A stretch of DNA of 64,000 nt from Eledone cirrhosa (lineage: Eukaryota): NCBI GenBank assembly GCA_964016885.1, contig OZ024743.1:185318001-185382000 (forward strand), given 5' to 3'. A program made the position numbers and the translations under genes. Under the pieces are notes generated by a model that was given only the letters and a program-made list of their open reading frames with translations, did no database searches and was not told the DNA's origin. Below, in pieces: positions 62,081 through 64,000 of the stretch; position 1 is the stretch's first letter, and each line of letters opens with the position of its first letter.

Positions 62081-62285
62081 TGACCTTATCAGTTATGTCC
62101 CCTTGAGCTCGCATCAGCGCCGCCACTTGCAAAGTAATTTTCTTCTAATTGACTTAAAACTAATTTTAACTTGTATCTGCTTTAACTTGTCAAATAACTC
62201 CATCTAGTATAGCTTTTCACATTTTCCTGAGTTATCATACACTCTTATTCCCACTTATTTTAAATTGACCATGACGTAATGAGAT
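62040..62285 (-). promoter_or_regulatory. Putative SNX17 promoter/5'UTR: local CpG-containing GC patch, YY1-like ATGGCGGC, ATF/CREB-like TGACGTAA
   Basis: GC/CpG enrichment at 62040-62130 just upstream of exon 1; TCAATGGCGGC and AAGTGGCGGCG on minus; ATGACGTAAT at 62271-62280. Confidence 0.5.
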
Positions 62286-62566
62286 GAGCAAAAAAAAACC
62301 AATTCTAATTTAAAGTGGAACTGAATAGCAATACACCTTACTACTACTACTACAAGAGAGAGAGAGAGAGAGAAAAGAAAATGGAATTCTTTGAAAATAA
62401 ATTAGACAAATTCAGAACAATAAATGTTCAAACATTGATTGCCTCTGTGCCATAGCAGACAACATTATATTTTTTTTTTATAAAGTGTTTAATGCACAAT
62501 CTGTAAAATGAAGCACAAGAAAAGTGATAAGTTAGATAAACATTTGCTTAAAGCAGTGTTTTATAA

Positions 62567-63258
62567 TCTTCTTCTTCTTCTTCTTCTTCTTGGGAGGGTT
62601 GTGGGAGCTCAGTCCTCAAACACTCCTTCCATCAGGTTCTGCCATAAGAAATGGCCTTCAACTGATCTGGCTGGATCCCCAAGTGAGACCAGCCAAGCTC
62701 ATGGATGTTATCCAACCATATTGCTCGGGGTCTACTCCTGGGTTTCCTGCCAGTTGGTTTTGCCTGAAAAATCTATCCAGTGATTCTTTTCTGAGACATT
62801 TGAAACCACATGCCCATATTATTGGAGCTGTAATCTCTCAATTTGGAGAAGTAGCGGCTCTACCTGGAGTGACTCTCTGATCTCCGAGCTACACACTTTA
62901 TCAAGTAACTTTACTCCAAAGAGCCTTCGAACGAACCCCATTTCAGCTGCTTGTATTCATGATTGTATTCTTTTGGTCATTACCCAAGATTCACGACCAT
63001 AAGTGAGATGCTGGCATGAATATCGAATTGAAGATAGCGAGTTTGGCTTTTACACTTACCTCCCTTCTTCTGATTACCGAATGCTGAAGCTGGCGCATTA
63101 TTGCCCCAGCTCCTGCAATTCTTGCACTTAATTCAACCTCCTGCTTTCCATCACTCATGAACATAGCCCCGAGATACTCAAACTTCTCCTGCTTCAGTGG
63201 AACTCCATTCACATGTTGAGTGCACTGTGCAGGCTGCCTTGAGAGGATGAGTGTTTCA
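62567..63258 (-). mobile_element. RTE LINE 3' segment with (GAA)n tail, ~500 bp upstream of SNX17
   Basis: EKFEYLGAMFMSDGKQEVELSARI...KAKLAIFNSIF, QAAEMGFVRR; (CTT)n at 62567-62590 on plus. Confidence 0.88.
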
Positions 63259-64000
63259 TAACCTTTTTTGAGAATATATTTTATCAGAGTGCTTAGTTTA
63301 AATTTTATTTAAGCATTTATTGAATAACTAAAGCCAGGGTTCGATTAAGCAAGAAGGTTTTTTTTATTCAAATTTGTCATTCTCCCATAATTATTTTTTT
63401 TGAGCATTCCGACTATGCTCTAAATTAAGCTTTCCGACTATGCTCTAAATTAAGTGCCTCAAAATGATTCAATATGACACTGTCTAAATATTACAATTTT
63501 TACAAGCAAGAGCTCCACACCTCAATTGCACTCAGAGCTGGAGTCGGAGTCTGTGGGAGATTGAAATGTCATTATGGTAGATCCCTTCATCCCACAGGTC
63601 GTTGTGGGTTATCTTGCTGCTTGAATGTCAGACATTACATTTGCCATACCAAGCTGAACTTAATTATCTGGCTTGAATCAATATCCTCTCCATTCTGGAG
63701 CCAGCTGAATTGTTCTGAGTTGATGGGAAGAGGCCAGGTGGTCTTCCTCTTTGCCCCTGGATAAGAGGTAGGTGTGTCATTTGGGGTGCCACAGTTAGCA
63801 ACTCTTTTGTTCCTTTCCACGCCTTTGATGCAGCAGAGGGTCACTGATGAATGGAATACAATTCTAACATACCAGGAAGTATGTGTTGACTTGCCTCAAG
63901 AATTATTAGAGATAATCTCCAGTGTCCTTTGTTGTGGTGTCTGATTGAATGTGTGTCTTTTCTCTACCCTTTTATTTCTTTTTTTAGTACTATCTCTGCA

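Overview
AT-rich, repeat-dense eukaryotic DNA. The tRNA-derived SINE families, RTE/CR1 LINEs and (ATG)n tails suggest an octopod cephalopod (inference). The window holds one complete minus-strand gene, sorting nexin-17 (SNX17). By hand I reconstructed 16 GT-AG coding exons from 61974 down to 987 (1434 nt, 477 aa + stop), giving a PX domain, a FERM-like domain and the C-terminal NAFEEIGDEDL. The ORF track misses most of these short exons. Introns are filled with transposons: a near-intact CR1-clade LINE ORF2 (endonuclease + RT), a local cluster of four copies of a second CR1-like family, many RTE fragments, a CRE-like remnant, a Buster/Charlie hAT with TIRs and 8-bp TSD, mariner and pogo/Tigger remnants, MITEs, a solo LTR with four ETS motifs, SINEs and several minisatellites. 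The most unusual observation is a copy of the 5' end of SNX17 intron 15, starting at the splice donor and fused to a truncated LINE. This looks like an RT template-switch chimera, and it has gained a cryptic acceptor that could replace the Retriever-binding C-terminus. Other leads are inverted LINEs bracketing exon 15, a structured-RNA candidate in the last intron, a MADE1-like hairpin MITE and a 5' uORF. No CRISPR, rRNA or bona fide tRNA genes were seen. No searches or folding programs were run.
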